From Lama guanicoe (lineage: Eukaryota): DNA of 64,000 nt. The position numbers were made by a program, and so were the translations under genes. The stretch is taken from the NCBI GenBank assembly GCA_013239625.1, contig MU054323.1:6747220-6811219 (forward strand), written 5' to 3'. The notes beneath the pieces were generated by a model, which was given only the letters and a program-made list of their open reading frames with translations, did no database searches and had not been told where the DNA came from. Positions 1 to 12,859 of this stretch are shown in pieces (positions within the stretch are counted from its first letter, which is position 1; every line of letters begins with the position of its first letter).

Positions 1-474
1 CATGTTGAGCATAGTTATAGAGCTCTTTTAACATCTTTATCTGCCAAGTTCTGTATTTCTGTTGGTTCTGTGTCTGTTTTTATTGATCTGTTATTCTCTT
101 GGGTAGAGGGCATATTTTCCTTTTCATTTATATGCTTTATAAATTTTCATTGAATGTCAGACATGGTGAATTTTATGTAGTTTGGGGTTGGATTTTGTAG
201 TGTTCCTTTAAATAATGTTGGTCTAAGTTTTGGCATACAGTTAAACTTTTTGAAATCACTTTGATTTTTTTTTTTGAGGCTTGCTTTGTTTTAAGGAAGC
301 TTTGGTACTGTAGGTCCAAAGCAGCCCTTTTCCCTAGAGCTAATTTAGAGTTGATACCTTTTGATGACTTTACTTAATGGCTCATGTATTATGAGGTCTT
401 TCTGTTCTACTTGGTGGGAATACAAATTATTCCTACCCTTGTATGAGTTTCAGTTTCAACTCTTTGGCCTATTT

Positions 475-1268
475 TTTTTTTTGAAGTATAGTCAGTTATA
501 ATGTGTCCATTTTTGGTGTACAGCACAGTGTCCCAATCATGCATATACATACATATATTCATTTTCATATTCTTTTTCATTGAAGATTATTACAAGATAT
601 TGAACATAGTTCCCTGTGCTATACAGAAGAAACTTCTTGAAAAATCTATTTTTATATATAGTGGCTAACATTTGCAAATCTCAACCCCCCAGATTTATCC
701 CTTCCTACACCTTTACATGGTAATCATAAGATTATTTACTATATCTGCAAGTATGTTTCTGTTTTATGGATGAGTTCATGGTGTCCTTTTTTTTCTTTTT
801 TTCTTTTTTCTTAGACTCCACATATAGAGTGATATCATATGGTAATTTTTTTCTCTTTCTGGCTTACTTCACTTAGAATGACTATCTCTAGGTCCATCCA
901 TATTGCTACAAATGGCATTATTTTATTCTTTTATGGCTGAGTAATATTCCATTGTATAAATATACCACAACTTTTTTATCCAGTCATTGTCAATGAACAT
1001 ACACGTTGTTTCCATGTCTTGGCTATTGTATATAGTGCTGCTGTGAACATTGGGGTGCATGTATCTTTTTGCCTTAGAGTTCCCTCTGGATATATACCCA
1101 GGAGTGGGATTGCTGGATCATATGGTAAGCCTATTTTTAGTTTTTTGAGGAATCTCCATTCTATTTTCCATAATGGCTGCACCAAACTACATTCCCACCA
1201 GCAGTGTAGGAGGGTTCCCTTTTATCCAGACCCTCTCTAGCATTTATTGTTCATGGGCTTTTGAATGA
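475..1268 (-). mobile_element. 5'-truncated L1 (ORF2 C-terminus + 3'UTR + poly-A)
   Basis: ORF 976-1185 reads [49 protein letters not shown] (L1 ORF2 C-terminus); poly-T at the left; TSD ttggcctattt at 464-474 and 1269-1279. Confidence 0.95.
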
Positions 1269-1413
1269 TTGGCCTATTTGTTTTTCATTGGTCCTTTCCC
1301 CAACCTTAGGTAGTTTCCTCTCACAGATGACAGTACCTGCCAAAGGCTTAAAGGGAGGCTCCTGCAGATTTCCAGAGCTCTGTGATGCAGGTCCCTTCTC
1401 TCTGGTGTGCTTT

Positions 1414-1737
1414 TTTTTTTTTTTTAACATTTTTTATTGATTTATAATCATTTTACAGTGTTGTGTCAAATTCCAGTGTTCAGCACAATTTTTCAGCCAT
1501 TCATGGACATATACATCCTCATTGTCACATTTTTTTCTCTGTGATTTATCATAACATTTTGTGTATATTTCCCTGTGCTATACAGTGTAATCTTGTTTAT
1601 CTATTCTACAATTTTGAAATCCCAGTCTATCCCTTCCCACCCTCTACCCCTCTGGTAACCACAAGTCTGTATTCTCTGTCCATGACTCTATTTCTGTCCT
1701 GTATTTATGCTTTGTTTTTGTTTGTTTGTTTTTGTTT
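1414..1737 (-). mobile_element. Young 5'-truncated L1 (3'UTR only)
   Basis: Homologous to the 3'UTR of the full-length L1 and nearly identical to 53296-53660; poly-T; perfect TSD tctctggtgtgcttt at 1399-1413 and 1738-1752. Confidence 0.95.
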
Positions 1738-3639
1738 TCTCTGGTGTGCTTTAACACACATTCTGGCTGACACAAATGTCAGTCTGTCTCCTCAACTCTG
1801 AGACAGCTGAGAGTGCCAGGCTCTGTTGAACTCCTCCCTCTCTAGCTTCATTCTGAAAACTGCTTCAGGGGTGTGAGGTGAGGCAATTGTAGGGCTTACC
1901 TCATTTTCTCTCCCTTTTCTCAGAGATCCCACTCCTGCTTTGACGTTGTCCAGTATTTGAAAGCTGTTGCTTAATCTGCTTTATCCACTTTCCTGGTTGT
2001 ATAAGCTAGAAGGATTACTCAGATCCGTGTTTCTGCATCATAGCTGTTTGTGGAAATACTTGATTATCTTCTCCTTCTTCTTTTCTGTAGGTTAAGATGT
2101 GGGCCTAAGTAAAAGAAGCCGAGAAACCATTTGGCATGTTCAAAGTGTTTCAGGTATTAGGCTTACCTGTAACTGAAGCAGAGGAGTCCCTAGTTGCCTG
2201 TGGTCCAAACACTTGATAATGATAAACAGGCAGTTCGGTCTGGTGCATCCCTTCTCGCTTTCATTCTCTGGAATCTGTTGCAGTGATAGGGTGGTTGATC
2301 CAGGCTTATGGTATTCTGAATCTTGGTCAGGTACAACATAGTTTTAATAAGTTCTAATATTCTTGCAACTGAATTAAGACCTGTTTTTATTCACTTTTTC
2401 TTAGCTATTTCTATTTGCTGTTGTTCACCTTTACTTTTACCAGGTTTTTTGGTTATGTTATTTGCTAGTTAGTTATTTAGCTCATTGTTATTTTTCACTG
2501 GGTTGTATTTACTTCATCATGTGTTTTTCTGCATCACAGTAACCTTTAGGATCTTGGAAGGGTTTGATCTTTATGCATTATATCTTTGGTTTTGTTCCTA
2601 CTTCTCTGTTCTTGCTTTCCTTTACTCAGAAATTAATGAGCAGATAACTGAATAAAAGTCTGTATCATAACTGAATTGTGATATATACTATTGATTTAAT
2701 GTATTTTCAAAAAAGAAGAAACACTATTTTAAAAGTCCTTAGAAATTAACTGACAGAAGCATACAATTATCCATACAATTTCTATACCATCCTCTTTGGA
2801 TTCATAATAAAAGAATGAGTCTAATCCTTTTTCACATTCTGACATACTGATTTTCCTCACCTTTGCTTGCTTTTTTACACATTATGATTGTCAGTATAGT
2901 TTTGAGTCACATGAGAAATGTTTGGAATTTAACTGCTTTTCTTTTTTGGCTAAACTCATAGTTTCAGTTTTTCTGTAGATAAACTGTGAATTAAATAACT
3001 TCATTTCTGAGTCAGCTGGAAACTTTTGACAGATATCCAACACTTGGGTGATAATACTTTGTGAAATGTAAATTGGTCACACCAGTGTCTCCCAGCTCTG
3101 ATAATTCTGTGATCTATTTTGAGGGACTGGGCAATTTCTCTTGCCTTTAATTGCTGTTGCTTGTCTTGCAACAGTTTTTGCATCACAATAGCTTTTTATT
3201 TCAGTACTTTATCATAGTTCAGTCTTTCTCAAAACATTTTCAAGTAATAGACTTTCAAATTGAGCTTAAAATTCACTGTATGTGAGTTTACCAGTGCAGT
3301 TAACTCAACTGTGGTCATAATTGGATAAACAGATACCTTCACTAGAAGGGTATTTCCCGTAGGTTAACACATGGGCAAGCTGTGACGTACGTCACAACTT
3401 AGTCTTTTGCTTGGCTACTGGTACGTTTTTTGAACATTAATTCTGATACTTCTCCTAGTTTCAGAAACCTAAAAATATTATTTTAAGAAAAATAGGCATC
3501 TTTAGAATTGAGAAAATATGGTTTAGGAATTTAGTATACAGTAAGCCAGCATAAAGTCTGTCAAGTAGTAGAATTATTTTATAAGTTTTGAAGTGATCAG
3601 GTAGTTAGAAGAATTAGTGTTGAACCTATCCATATGCAA

Positions 3640-4320
3640 ATGTATGGTTAACATTTTAAGAACTGAAAAAGCAGTGAAACGATGCAAAGAATAGTAACCT
3701 AAGCTAAAAAGACTAATAAACTGGCTAAAAAGTTAAGTAAATATGTATGAAGAAATCCAGCACAAAATTAAAAAGAGAAATAACAAAATGGAAAATATTC
3801 ACAATTATGATCTTAAATACTATCTAAAATAACTATGAATATTTAAAAAATATTTACAACACTAAGATTCCACTAAGTACATTGATAAAGTCATGCCCAT
3901 GAGGTCATAAGGGGACATAGAGAAAACAAACTTAAGGAAAAGAGTTCAACTTTCTGGGTAATTAAAATAATAGTGAAAAATCTTTTTGTACTTATTGAAT
4001 AACTATAATGAAGTGGTTCATAGGAAATCAAGTACTCATGAATTTGTTTTGGAATTGGTACAGCTCATTTGAAGTGTAATTTGGTAGTATATATCTTAAA
4101 AGCCATAAAAATATCTATGGCCATTGATTTAATAGTCCTTCTCTTGGAATTAGCTCTAAATAAATAATTCAAGGAATAAAAAGGCTATATTAGAACTATA
4201 TTCACAGTGTTATTTATTTGGTAACAGTAGGAACTGAAAACAACCTAATTGGCCAAAAGTGGGAAATTTGATGTATTATGATAAATTAATACCCAAATAT
4301 TTCATATCCATTACATATAA
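3640..4320 (+). mobile_element. Highly diverged L1 (L1ME-like) ORF2 3' remnant
   Basis: A-rich; degenerate motifs such as gaactgaaaacaacctaattggccaaaagtggg resemble the L1 ORF2 end (WKQPKCP region). Confidence 0.45.
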
Positions 4321-4329
4321 ATGTAAGTA

Positions 4330-4440
4330 CTCTGGCAACAGGGACTGTATCTTTTTTGTTCTCTGCTCTGACACCAGTGCCTAGAATAGCTTGGCTTATT
4401 GTGGGTACTCAACAGTTGTTATTACTATTGAAATGAACAA
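4330..4440 (+). mobile_element. L2 3' end fragment
   Basis: cagggactgtatc...ccagtgcctagaatagcttggc...gggtactcaa resembles the L2 3' terminus. Confidence 0.55.
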
Positions 4441-4677
4441 ATCAGTGGAATAATGTTAAATTGAAATGTACACACAGAGAACTTATTCTCAGGTACCCTA
4501 ATGAGTAAGGAAGATAGGGAACAAGTTGGTTGATGAGGAGTTTTTTGGAGAAGTTTGAAATGGAATTTGAAAGTTCAGTAGGATATGGACTCTTCTGAGA
4601 TCCTTGAATTGGAAAAGGTACTACAGTCAGTCTAAGGAAAGGCTTGACAATAGGAATTGCTGGAGGGTAAGGTCAAT

Positions 4678-5028
4678 AAAAATATTATGACATGACTTAA
4701 ATGTGGAATTAAAAAATGCCAGTGAAATTATTTATAAAACAGAAACAGACTCACAGACCTAGAAAATAAACTTATGGTTACCAAAGGGGAAAGGAAGGAG
4801 GATAAATTAGGAGTAGAGGATTAACAGATGCACACTACTGTATATAAAAGATAAACAACAAGGGTTTACTGTATAGCACAGGGAACTACACTCAATATCT
4901 TGTAATAACCTATAATAGAAAAGAATCTGAGAAAGAATATGTCTGTATATATATGCATAACTGAATTGCTTTGCTGTACACCTGAAACTAATACAATATT
5001 GCAAATCAACTATACTTCAATAGAAGAA
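4678..5028 (+). mobile_element. Truncated L1 3'UTR of an older (artiodactyl-type) subfamily
   Basis: aacagaaacagactcacagac...atggttaccaaagggg...actgtatagcacagggaact...aatcaactatacttcaata; similar to 41750-42090. Confidence 0.85.
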
Positions 5029-5639
5029 ATTCAGCTGAGAGTGATAATTGTAAGTATGCTTATAGAGTGAATATTAGTTAAGACCAAGATGAAAATTATA
5101 AATCTTTGGTTTCAGTCAAATGGTTATTGGATTAAAGAATATTAATCCAGTATTGCATGTGAAGTGGGAGGACGGAGTTTGAAGAAAATGTGGAAATGTT
5201 GTAATTATATTGTTGACAACTGGTCAGGTGAAATTAGGGACATATGTGTGTTTAACTTTCTAAGAGCAGCTCCTTTTTATCTTCTCACACATTTTAGTTT
5301 TCATACAAGTTTTCAGGAGTATATTATATATAAATGTAATGAATTTCCTGTAATATATTATTGCTATAAGAAGATCTATTAGGGAAAACTCATGAAATTG
5401 CCATTTTTTGAAGGCAAAATGTTAGGCTGTTGGCAATTTCATGTGGTTGAACCTAGTATTTTTTTCCCAGATTGATTACATTTTGTCTATAAGTTCTCGA
5501 TTTTTAATGAAGAGAAGGGTATATTTTATAGTTAATTTTCTAGGAGATATTTCTTGGTTCTGTTTCTGTACAAAAGTAAAAACAGATTCATTGATTTGCA
5601 AAGAGATAGCAAGAATATGAATTAATGTTCTTTTTTAAA

Positions 5640-6630
5640 AGTAAATTTTACCCACAGAGGTAATTCTTCTTTTAAAAATGCTAACAAGATCAGTAAAACT
5701 AAAATCTATCTTGAGCATTTCTGTAGTCCTGGTTCTTTCCCATTTTCTCTGGAGTTAAACATTTGGTGTCTATCTTTTCAGATATTTTCAATCCATTTAT
5801 ATTTATGTATATACATACATATATCTACACATATACACTGATTTATATACACATATATACATGTATACACACATTTGTAGGAAATATATAGTATTGTGTG
5901 GATTATTTTTTAAAATTGAACATTTATGTAGTTTGGCAGTATGATTTTTTTCACTCTACAACGTGTTTTGATCTGTGTTTTGTTGTTTTCCAGTTTCTGC
6001 ATTGTATTTTGTACTATGGCTGTACCAGTGTTATTTGGGCCCTCAAAGTTCTTACTACAGATTGTTTATAATTTTTTAAAACTATAAGCAGTGAAGTCAA
6101 GAGTATCCCGTATGTACTTCATGCACCTGCATGAGAGCCCTTTAAGATAAAGAGAAGTAGAATTGCTGAATCACGTGGTATACGTACTTTAAAATGTTCT
6201 GTTAGGGAAAATTTCAAAAATATGCTGAAGTAGTCAAAAAATAGGCTAATGAATTTCTACTTGCCTTCAACAGTTATCAGTCCTTGGTCAATCTTGTTTT
6301 ATCTGTACTCTGACTCACTTTCTCCCCTTTCATATTTTGAAACAAATCCAGATGATACGTCATTTGATCTGTAAATATTTCATATGTTTCCGGAAAAGGT
6401 AAAACTTTCTTCCTCTTTTTTTTTTAAGAAAAACAATCATAATACCATTATCAGACTTTAATATTCTTTAAATTTTTTAAATATTTAAATATTATTTAAA
6501 CAATATTTAATATTAATAATACCTAATATTAAGTATTATTCAGTGTTCAAATTTTAAATTGTTTTAATGTCAGAAACATTTTCTCCCCCTTCTTTTTTTT
6601 TTTTCTCGCCTGTTTGAATTAGGATCCAAA
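5640..6630 (-). mobile_element. Old L1 3'-end fragments (L1ME/L1MC-like)
   Basis: Degenerate motifs gtagaattgctgaatcac, aaacaaatccagatgatacgtcatttgatctgtaaatatttc and tgtttgaattaggatccaaataagg. Confidence 0.5.
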
Positions 6631-6899
6631 TAAGGTTTGAGAAAGAGACCAGGTCTTAATATGATTGGAAACTGGTTTCAAATTAGCTTAATTTCTGATT
6701 GAAGTAGCTTCCATTGCCACCAGAAACTAAAGAAATCTTCTTATGGAAAAGATAATCTCACTCACAACCTCTATAGTTTTTATTATGCAATATCTGACAT
6801 TCAGTCTCTAGATTCCAGTCATGCCAAGAGTCACAAACAAGAGAAAATCAGATATAGAAACACAAATGAAAAGGTGTGGACTTCAGTGCCACTTCCTTC

Positions 6900-8540
6900 A
6901 TCCCTCTTTTGTTTTAGATGAGAAATCCGACATTTGAATTGTTTTTCCCTTATAGATAAAGCATCATTTCTCTTGATGTTTTTGTTACATTTTCTTTTTC
7001 TTTAGTTTTTAGAAGTTTTAACTCTGAACTGTCTTGGCATGAATTGCTTTGGTCTTGTTCTACTTAGGTTTCACTTAGCTTCTGGAATCTGTAAATTTAT
7101 GTGTTTTGCCAAGCTTGAGAAGTTATCAGCTTTTATTTCGTAAAGCACTTTTTCAGCCTTACTCTCTTTGTTCTCTCTTTTTGGGACTCTGATGATGTGG
7201 AAGATAGGTTTTTTGTTATAGTCCCACAGGTCCCCAAACTCTGTTTATTTGTTTTCAGTGCTTTCTCTCTGTTGTTCAGATTGGGTAGTTTCTGTTCTGT
7301 CTTCCAGTTCAGTGTTTCTTCCCTCTGTCCTCTGCATTCTACTGTAGTTCTCATCCACTGAGTCTTTTATTTCAGTTATTGTATTTTTCAGTTCTGAAAT
7401 TTGCATTTGATTCTTTTATATATATTTTTTTTCTTTGCTGAGACTCATTATTTTTTGTTTGTTTCAAGTATGTGTGTAATTACTCCTTGAGACATTTTTA
7501 TAATGGTTGCTTAAAAATCCTTTTTGGGTAATCTTAACATCTCCATCATCTTGGTATTGGCATCTGTGGATTGTTTTGTTTCATTCAGTTTGAAATATTC
7601 CTTGTTATGATGAGTGATTTTTATTTGATACCTGGACATTTTGGGTATTATGTTCTGAGACAGGATCTTATTTAAACATTCTGATTTAGCTGACTTCTGG
7701 CACTGCTCCAACATGGGAAGGAGAAGAGTGCTCTGCCACATAACTCCCCGGTGGGGATTCCTCACTCTACCTCTGTTGACTTTCCAGTTGGTGGGAGACT
7801 TTCCAGCTGGTTGGTGATAGGAGTTCTGCCCTCAACCAACTTTTCCTAGGCTGGGAGGGGCAGTGCTTCAGTACTCCTCCCTACATGGCCTCCACAGAGG
7901 AGGGCCTTTTTACTATTGGGCAGTGGTGAAAGGCCCAACTCTACTAGGCCTCTTCTGACACCAGCCTATAGCAGGGAGGGCGAAGTGCACCTTCTTACTG
8001 CTGGGTGGACATCCAAGCTCTCCATGTGGTCTTCACTGACACTCTGCAGAGGGAGGTCTCATTTTCCCCTGGTGGGGACCAACTTGCAACTGACCTTTTC
8101 TGACACCACTGTGGTAGGGAGTGAGGGGTGCCTTGTTACATCTTGACAAAGGTGGAAGTGTAGGCTCTCCACTTAACCTTTGCTAGTTTTGTATTGTGAT
8201 GTTCCCCTCGGTACAACAGCTTTTTTTTTTTTAGATTATTCCTTTTCTGAACTTTTGACTCAAGAGAACAGGATTTTATTTGTTCATTTTGGTTTGGGGG
8301 GCCTGGGCCTGTTGGTATTTATGGATTGCCAGCTTTTCAATTCCAAGTCTAAGATATATAGGGCACAAAAGAAAACTCATAGAATTCACCACTATGTTTT
8401 CCTTGAATCTGGAGGTCCCTACCTGATCTGCCTTTAGTGTCATCTTAAGTTTGTTGTATATGTTGTCCAGGGCTTTTAGTTTTACTTACAAGAATAGGGG
8501 AAAATATATGTATCCCACCTTCCCAGAGGTGGAAGTCCTC
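6900..8540 (-). mobile_element. Old L1 5'UTR + ORF1 remnant (L1MC/MD-like)
   Basis: ORF1-like remnants on the minus strand around 7130-7760; ends in an L1 5'-terminus-like motif (ccaccttcccagaggtggaagtc, about 8516-8537). Confidence 0.65.
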
Positions 8541-8557
8541 AAGTACTTTAAAGTCTT

Positions 8558-8707
8558 TTTTTTTTCTAATTAAAAAAATTTTTTTCAGACTGGGGCGGTA
8601 ACTAGGTTGTTTGTTTGTTTGTTTATTTAATGGAGGTACTGGGGATTGAACCCAGGACCTTGTGCATACTAAGCATGCACTCTACCACTGAGCAGTACCG
8701 TTCCCCC
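8558..8707 (-). mobile_element. tRNA-Ala-derived camelid SINE (vic-1 type)
   Basis: Reverse complement reads ...GCTCAGTGGTAGAGTGCATGCTTAGTATGCACAAGGTCCTGGGTTCAATCCCCAGTACCTCCA (A/B boxes, tRNA-Ala-like) followed by an A-rich tail; TSD ttaaa(g/t)tctt at 8548-8557 and 8708-8717. Confidence 0.92.
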
Positions 8708-9524
8708 TTAAATTCTTAATTGTTAAGTTTTCATTATAATTAAAACTACCTGTTAGTCTATTTGCTCTATGCTTGATTGGGTAGAATTTTATCACTATGA
8801 CTCACTTTTAGGGCTTTAGAAAAATTTTAAATGAAAGTATGGCTCATCATCTAGAAATAGAAGTTTGAGAATTAATCTTTTAGTCTTAATTATTTTAGAG
8901 AAAAATAATTTTCTATATTCCATTTTATTAAAAATATATACATAAAATCTCTAGTTTTTGTTTGCTTCAAGAGAGTATCCCAAGGTAGCTTATATATTAA
9001 TTATGTACATCTTAATGAGTCAAGAATAATACTTTAAATATATTAAATTTACTTACTGCCACCTCTCCCCTCATTTTCTAAAGTAGATTGCCTTCATTTT
9101 ATGTGATTAATCCAAATAGATAGACTGTCATGTTGTTTTCCTAATTCTAGGTTCTCCTCACAGCTATGTCAGAGAATAAGTTGACATGCTAAGAAATCAC
9201 TAAGTACTGCTATGAGGGGTTTAGATATAAATGTAGTAAGTTTAATATCATTTTAAATACTACCTAGATTTTTGTAGTGAATTCCTGATTTGGGCCTATT
9301 ACATGCCAGGCGTCAAGCTGGAAGAATTTCATCACTTTGATTTTGCTGTTTGCCTGTAGTGCTTTTTAGTTTTCTTTTGGATCAGGAATCCCTTACAGGG
9401 TCTGCTTAAAGCTGTAGTCTCTTTCCACAAACATTCACAGATGTTTAGAGAGTTTGAGGACCTTCTGAAATCCCCCAGAGTTCACAGGCCTTGGGTCAGC
9501 CGTCTGCTCTGTAGTTTTTAAGAC

Positions 9525-9690
9525 ATTTTTACATGCTTTATTATTGTCTTAAATATCACAACAACCCTGAGAATTAGTGAGTTGTATTCATATTTTACAG
9601 TGAAGAAACTGCTGCTCAGAGTGGTGTGTGACTTATCTGGTATCAGGTGGCTGTCAGACGGGAGTCTGAAATTGAAGACTTTCCTAAATT
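9525..9690 (-). mobile_element. MIR
   Basis: Core motif attttacagtgaagaaactgctgctcagag...gtgactt. Confidence 0.6.
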
Positions 9691-9699
9691 GTTAACAAT

Positions 9700-12497
9700 T
9701 CCTTAGAGGGCATCAGCATTTTCTAAGGTTCTTGATACCTGTGTCAGATTGCTTCCTAATAAGGTTGTGTCACCTTTTCCTCACTCTCGGCACATGAGCA
9801 TGCCTTTTCACCACATTATCACATTGAGCTTTCCCCCACCCCAGTGTTTGCTAAATTGATGTATACAAAATGATATGTAATTTGTTTCTTTCTTTGTATT
9901 TAAGGTCCTCTAGCCACTTATCCATCAGTCTTACCAGTTTTTATATCATTATGTATAAATGTTTAATATACTAAGAATATTAATTTTGTCATGTTTTTTA
10001 CAAATACTTTTACCCTTTTTATTTACCTTTTAATTTTATATTTCTTTTCTACATACAGAAGTTTTGAAATAAGTATTCAGATTTCCTCTAATTACTGTTT
10101 CCTCTAATTTTTTTCTTTTCTTTTTTAGTGTAGAAATATCCAAAGATTTGATGTGCTTAAGTGAATGGAGACACACACTTTTCTTATTTTAAAAACATAA
10201 TGGGAATCTAAAAGATTAAGAAAAGGAGTATTATTTAAGTTGCAGTTACTTGACTTTTTGTCATATATTTATTGCTTATTGGTCTTTCATTGTCTTTAAA
10301 TATTTTTTTGTTTAACTAATGTTTTGGAATTTTTATAAATGCTATTATATAGAAATTTAACTTTTTTCTTCTAAAGTAGGTAATTTGTTCTGATAGCATT
10401 TAATGAATGTTCTACTGTTTGAAGTCTACCTTTATCATATATAAGATTCCCACATATACATATTTATATAATGTTCCTTTGATCTCATTCCTTATCACTA
10501 TATAATTTTCATACTGTTTTAATGTTATATTATTTAATGTAGCTTTTAAGTTTTCTCTTACTAGACTTTCAAAAATGTTTGTCTTGCCTTTTTTATGTTG
10601 TTAATTCTTGCAGATTAACTGGAATATTTCAGTTAAAAATAAGGGTACAAAGGATTTTGATTAGAATTGCATTGGGTTAAAGATTTATTTGAGGGGGAAA
10701 ATTGATATCTCTTTATTATTACACCTTTATGGTTGATCAGTGGTGTTATATCATTGTTCAGTTCCTCCAACCTTTGCTGTACTTCTTTGTGTTTCTTCTA
10801 TGCATATGCACCTTAGTGGGATCTTCTCTAACTTTGTACTCTTGGGGACTTTCCTTATGTTCTCTGGCTCCCAGGAGTCTTTTCCTGGACTTCTCACTAG
10901 AAAGCTGGGGTTTCTTTCCGTCAGAGCCTTAGTGGGCTTCCCCTTCACCGTTGCATAGATATATACCCTATTGAGGCCCTCCTGGTTGAAGCAGTCAGGG
11001 AAAAAAGGAGAAATACATAGTGAGGATGCCCGCCACCCCCATACTCTATTTTGCCCTGGCTCCTTTTTCTAGTTCCTTAGGATGGAGGGGCTGGTTTTCT
11101 CTTAGGCTTTTAGGTGTCCTGCCTCAGTAGTATAGCTGTGTAACTTGGACTGACTTCAGAGTGGGGTCAGGAGAGGAAAAAAAGAAAAGGAATGGGAGCC
11201 CCCACCCCCCAACACATAGTTTCCAGCTCACAGATGCCCCTTTTACTCCAGTGAGAAAGAGGGGATTTCTCTTGGAGTTTTTGCTGTGTGTGCCTGCTGC
11301 ATAATTCTGGGACTCTGCTCATCCTCATGTCAAAGTGGTAAAAAAAGAAAGAATTTTTTAAAAAGAGTATACTCACTGCCATATTGACTGTTCAGGTTTT
11401 TACTTTCCTCACCAGTATGCCTACCACTGTTTGCTTTTCAGAATTCTTAGATAGCTGCTTTTAGGATTCTCTCTAGAGTTTTTACTAGTTGTAATCAGCA
11501 GGAGAGATGTAATGGGCTTACTTATCTTGGCTTTCACTAAAAGTCAAGTTATTTCATTCTGAAAATAATTTCACTTTCTAAAATTTCTTTCTTGTTCCTT
11601 GATTACTGCATTTTATGAAGGGATTTTTCACATTTTATGGATATACTTGCCTCTTGAATCTCTCTGAAGATACCAATTAAAGTTAAGAACATCTTACTTC
11701 TTTTTGTTGCCTTCCTCTCTTTTCTGTGGGTCATTGTGCCCCTGCTTTTTCACCTTAGTGCCTCTCTCAGTTTTTATTAAGTAGCAGGTGATTCTTGGCT
11801 GTTCTTTATAACATTTTCAAATGAGGCTCTAAATGAGTGATTGTTCAACTTGAATATATGTAACAATCCTTTGGGGACCCATTTTAAATGCATTAGCATT
11901 GCTCACAAAAATCTGATTCAGTAAGGCTGGGGTGGGGCACCTAAACACTTCAGGTGATGCTGGTAACATCTTGTTAACTGGTCTAATTCTGCAAAGGTCA
12001 ATATTCTTTACAAAGCATTGTCTTCCCCACTGAATGTCATCACTGACCATGGACTCTGCAGATTGGTTTCCCACTTGCTATGGTAAATGGGAAGTGAAGT
12101 TCCCTTTATCTTTGCATTTGCAAAGACAAGGCTAACAAGCTGGAACCTGTCCCTCCCTTGGTTTCTGCTCTAGGAAAGGAATTTATCTGCAGATAGGGTT
12201 CTGATTAATTCTGAGTTGTCTTCCCTCAATCTCCAATCTATTGAGATTGTCCCTAACTGCTATTATCATCATCTCAAAGTTCACACGGTAAGCCCTCTGA
12301 CAAAGACTTTAGACCCATATTAAATGCTGTGACCAGCATTTACTGTTTACCATCAGAGTTGTTCTGGTATCTTTGGTGCTTTTTCACTCAGTTGTTCTGT
12401 GGCCTGCCTGCACTCCCAGGCCCTCCTGACCTGAGGTGTTTAAGAGGACAAGAGGTAGATGAATGGGCTCAGTCTGCCATCTTAAACTAGAAGTCCA
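9700..12497 (-). mobile_element. Composite of old L1 fragments, including two 5'-terminus-like ends (about 11545 and about 12495) and a MER5-like piece near 11880-11970
   Basis: ttttgattagaattgcattgg..agatttatttgagggg (ORF2 antisense), gttgtaatcagcaggagag and ctcagtctgccatcttaaactagaagtcc (L1 5' start-like). Confidence 0.5.
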
Positions 12498-12666
12498 TTG
12501 TTACTTCTAAAGTGATGATGATTTCTAGTATGTGAAAAAAGAAGTTCTTTTGAATTCTCACATAAATAAACATCATAAAATCTGTAGCAGGTTCACAGCT
12601 TACTCATACTTACTCAGATGTGCAAAGAAAATGTACCTTCTTTATTTTTCTATAGTTCATCTCTTC

Positions 12667-12763
12667 CTTTTTTTTTTTTTTTTAATGGAGGTACTGGGAA
12701 CTGAATCCAGGACTTCATGAATGCTAAGCATGTACCCTACCACTGAACAATTTCCCTCCCCCC
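12667..12763 (-). mobile_element. Short tRNA-Ala-derived SINE (tRNA part + poly-A only)
   Basis: tggaggtactgggaactgaatccaggacttcatgaatgctaagcatgtaccctaccactgaac; poly-T at the left; TSD tcat(c/t)tcttc at 12657-12666 and 12764-12773. Confidence 0.88.
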
Positions 12764-12859
12764 TCATTTCTTCTTTTTAATGAACCCTGGTCACTGGGTA
12801 ACTGAAGGAAGTTTTCCAGTCTTACTGCAGTCTGGTAAACTAATTCTTATCTAGTAATT

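Larger units (their letters stand above)
1..2060 (-). mobile_element. Old, diverged L1 (L1M-type) 5'-region fragment, interrupted by two young L1 insertions
   Basis: T-rich L1-like sequence (e.g. ttttcattgaatgtcagacatggtgaatttt) continues on both sides of the TSD-bounded inserts at 475-1268 and 1414-1737; boundaries approximate. Confidence 0.45.

Noticed and set aside
8628..8707. tRNA-Ala-like sequences (also about 12685-12763 and 63930-64000)
   Set aside because: They have A-rich tails, mutated stems and, where visible, TSDs, so they are SINEs rather than tRNA genes.
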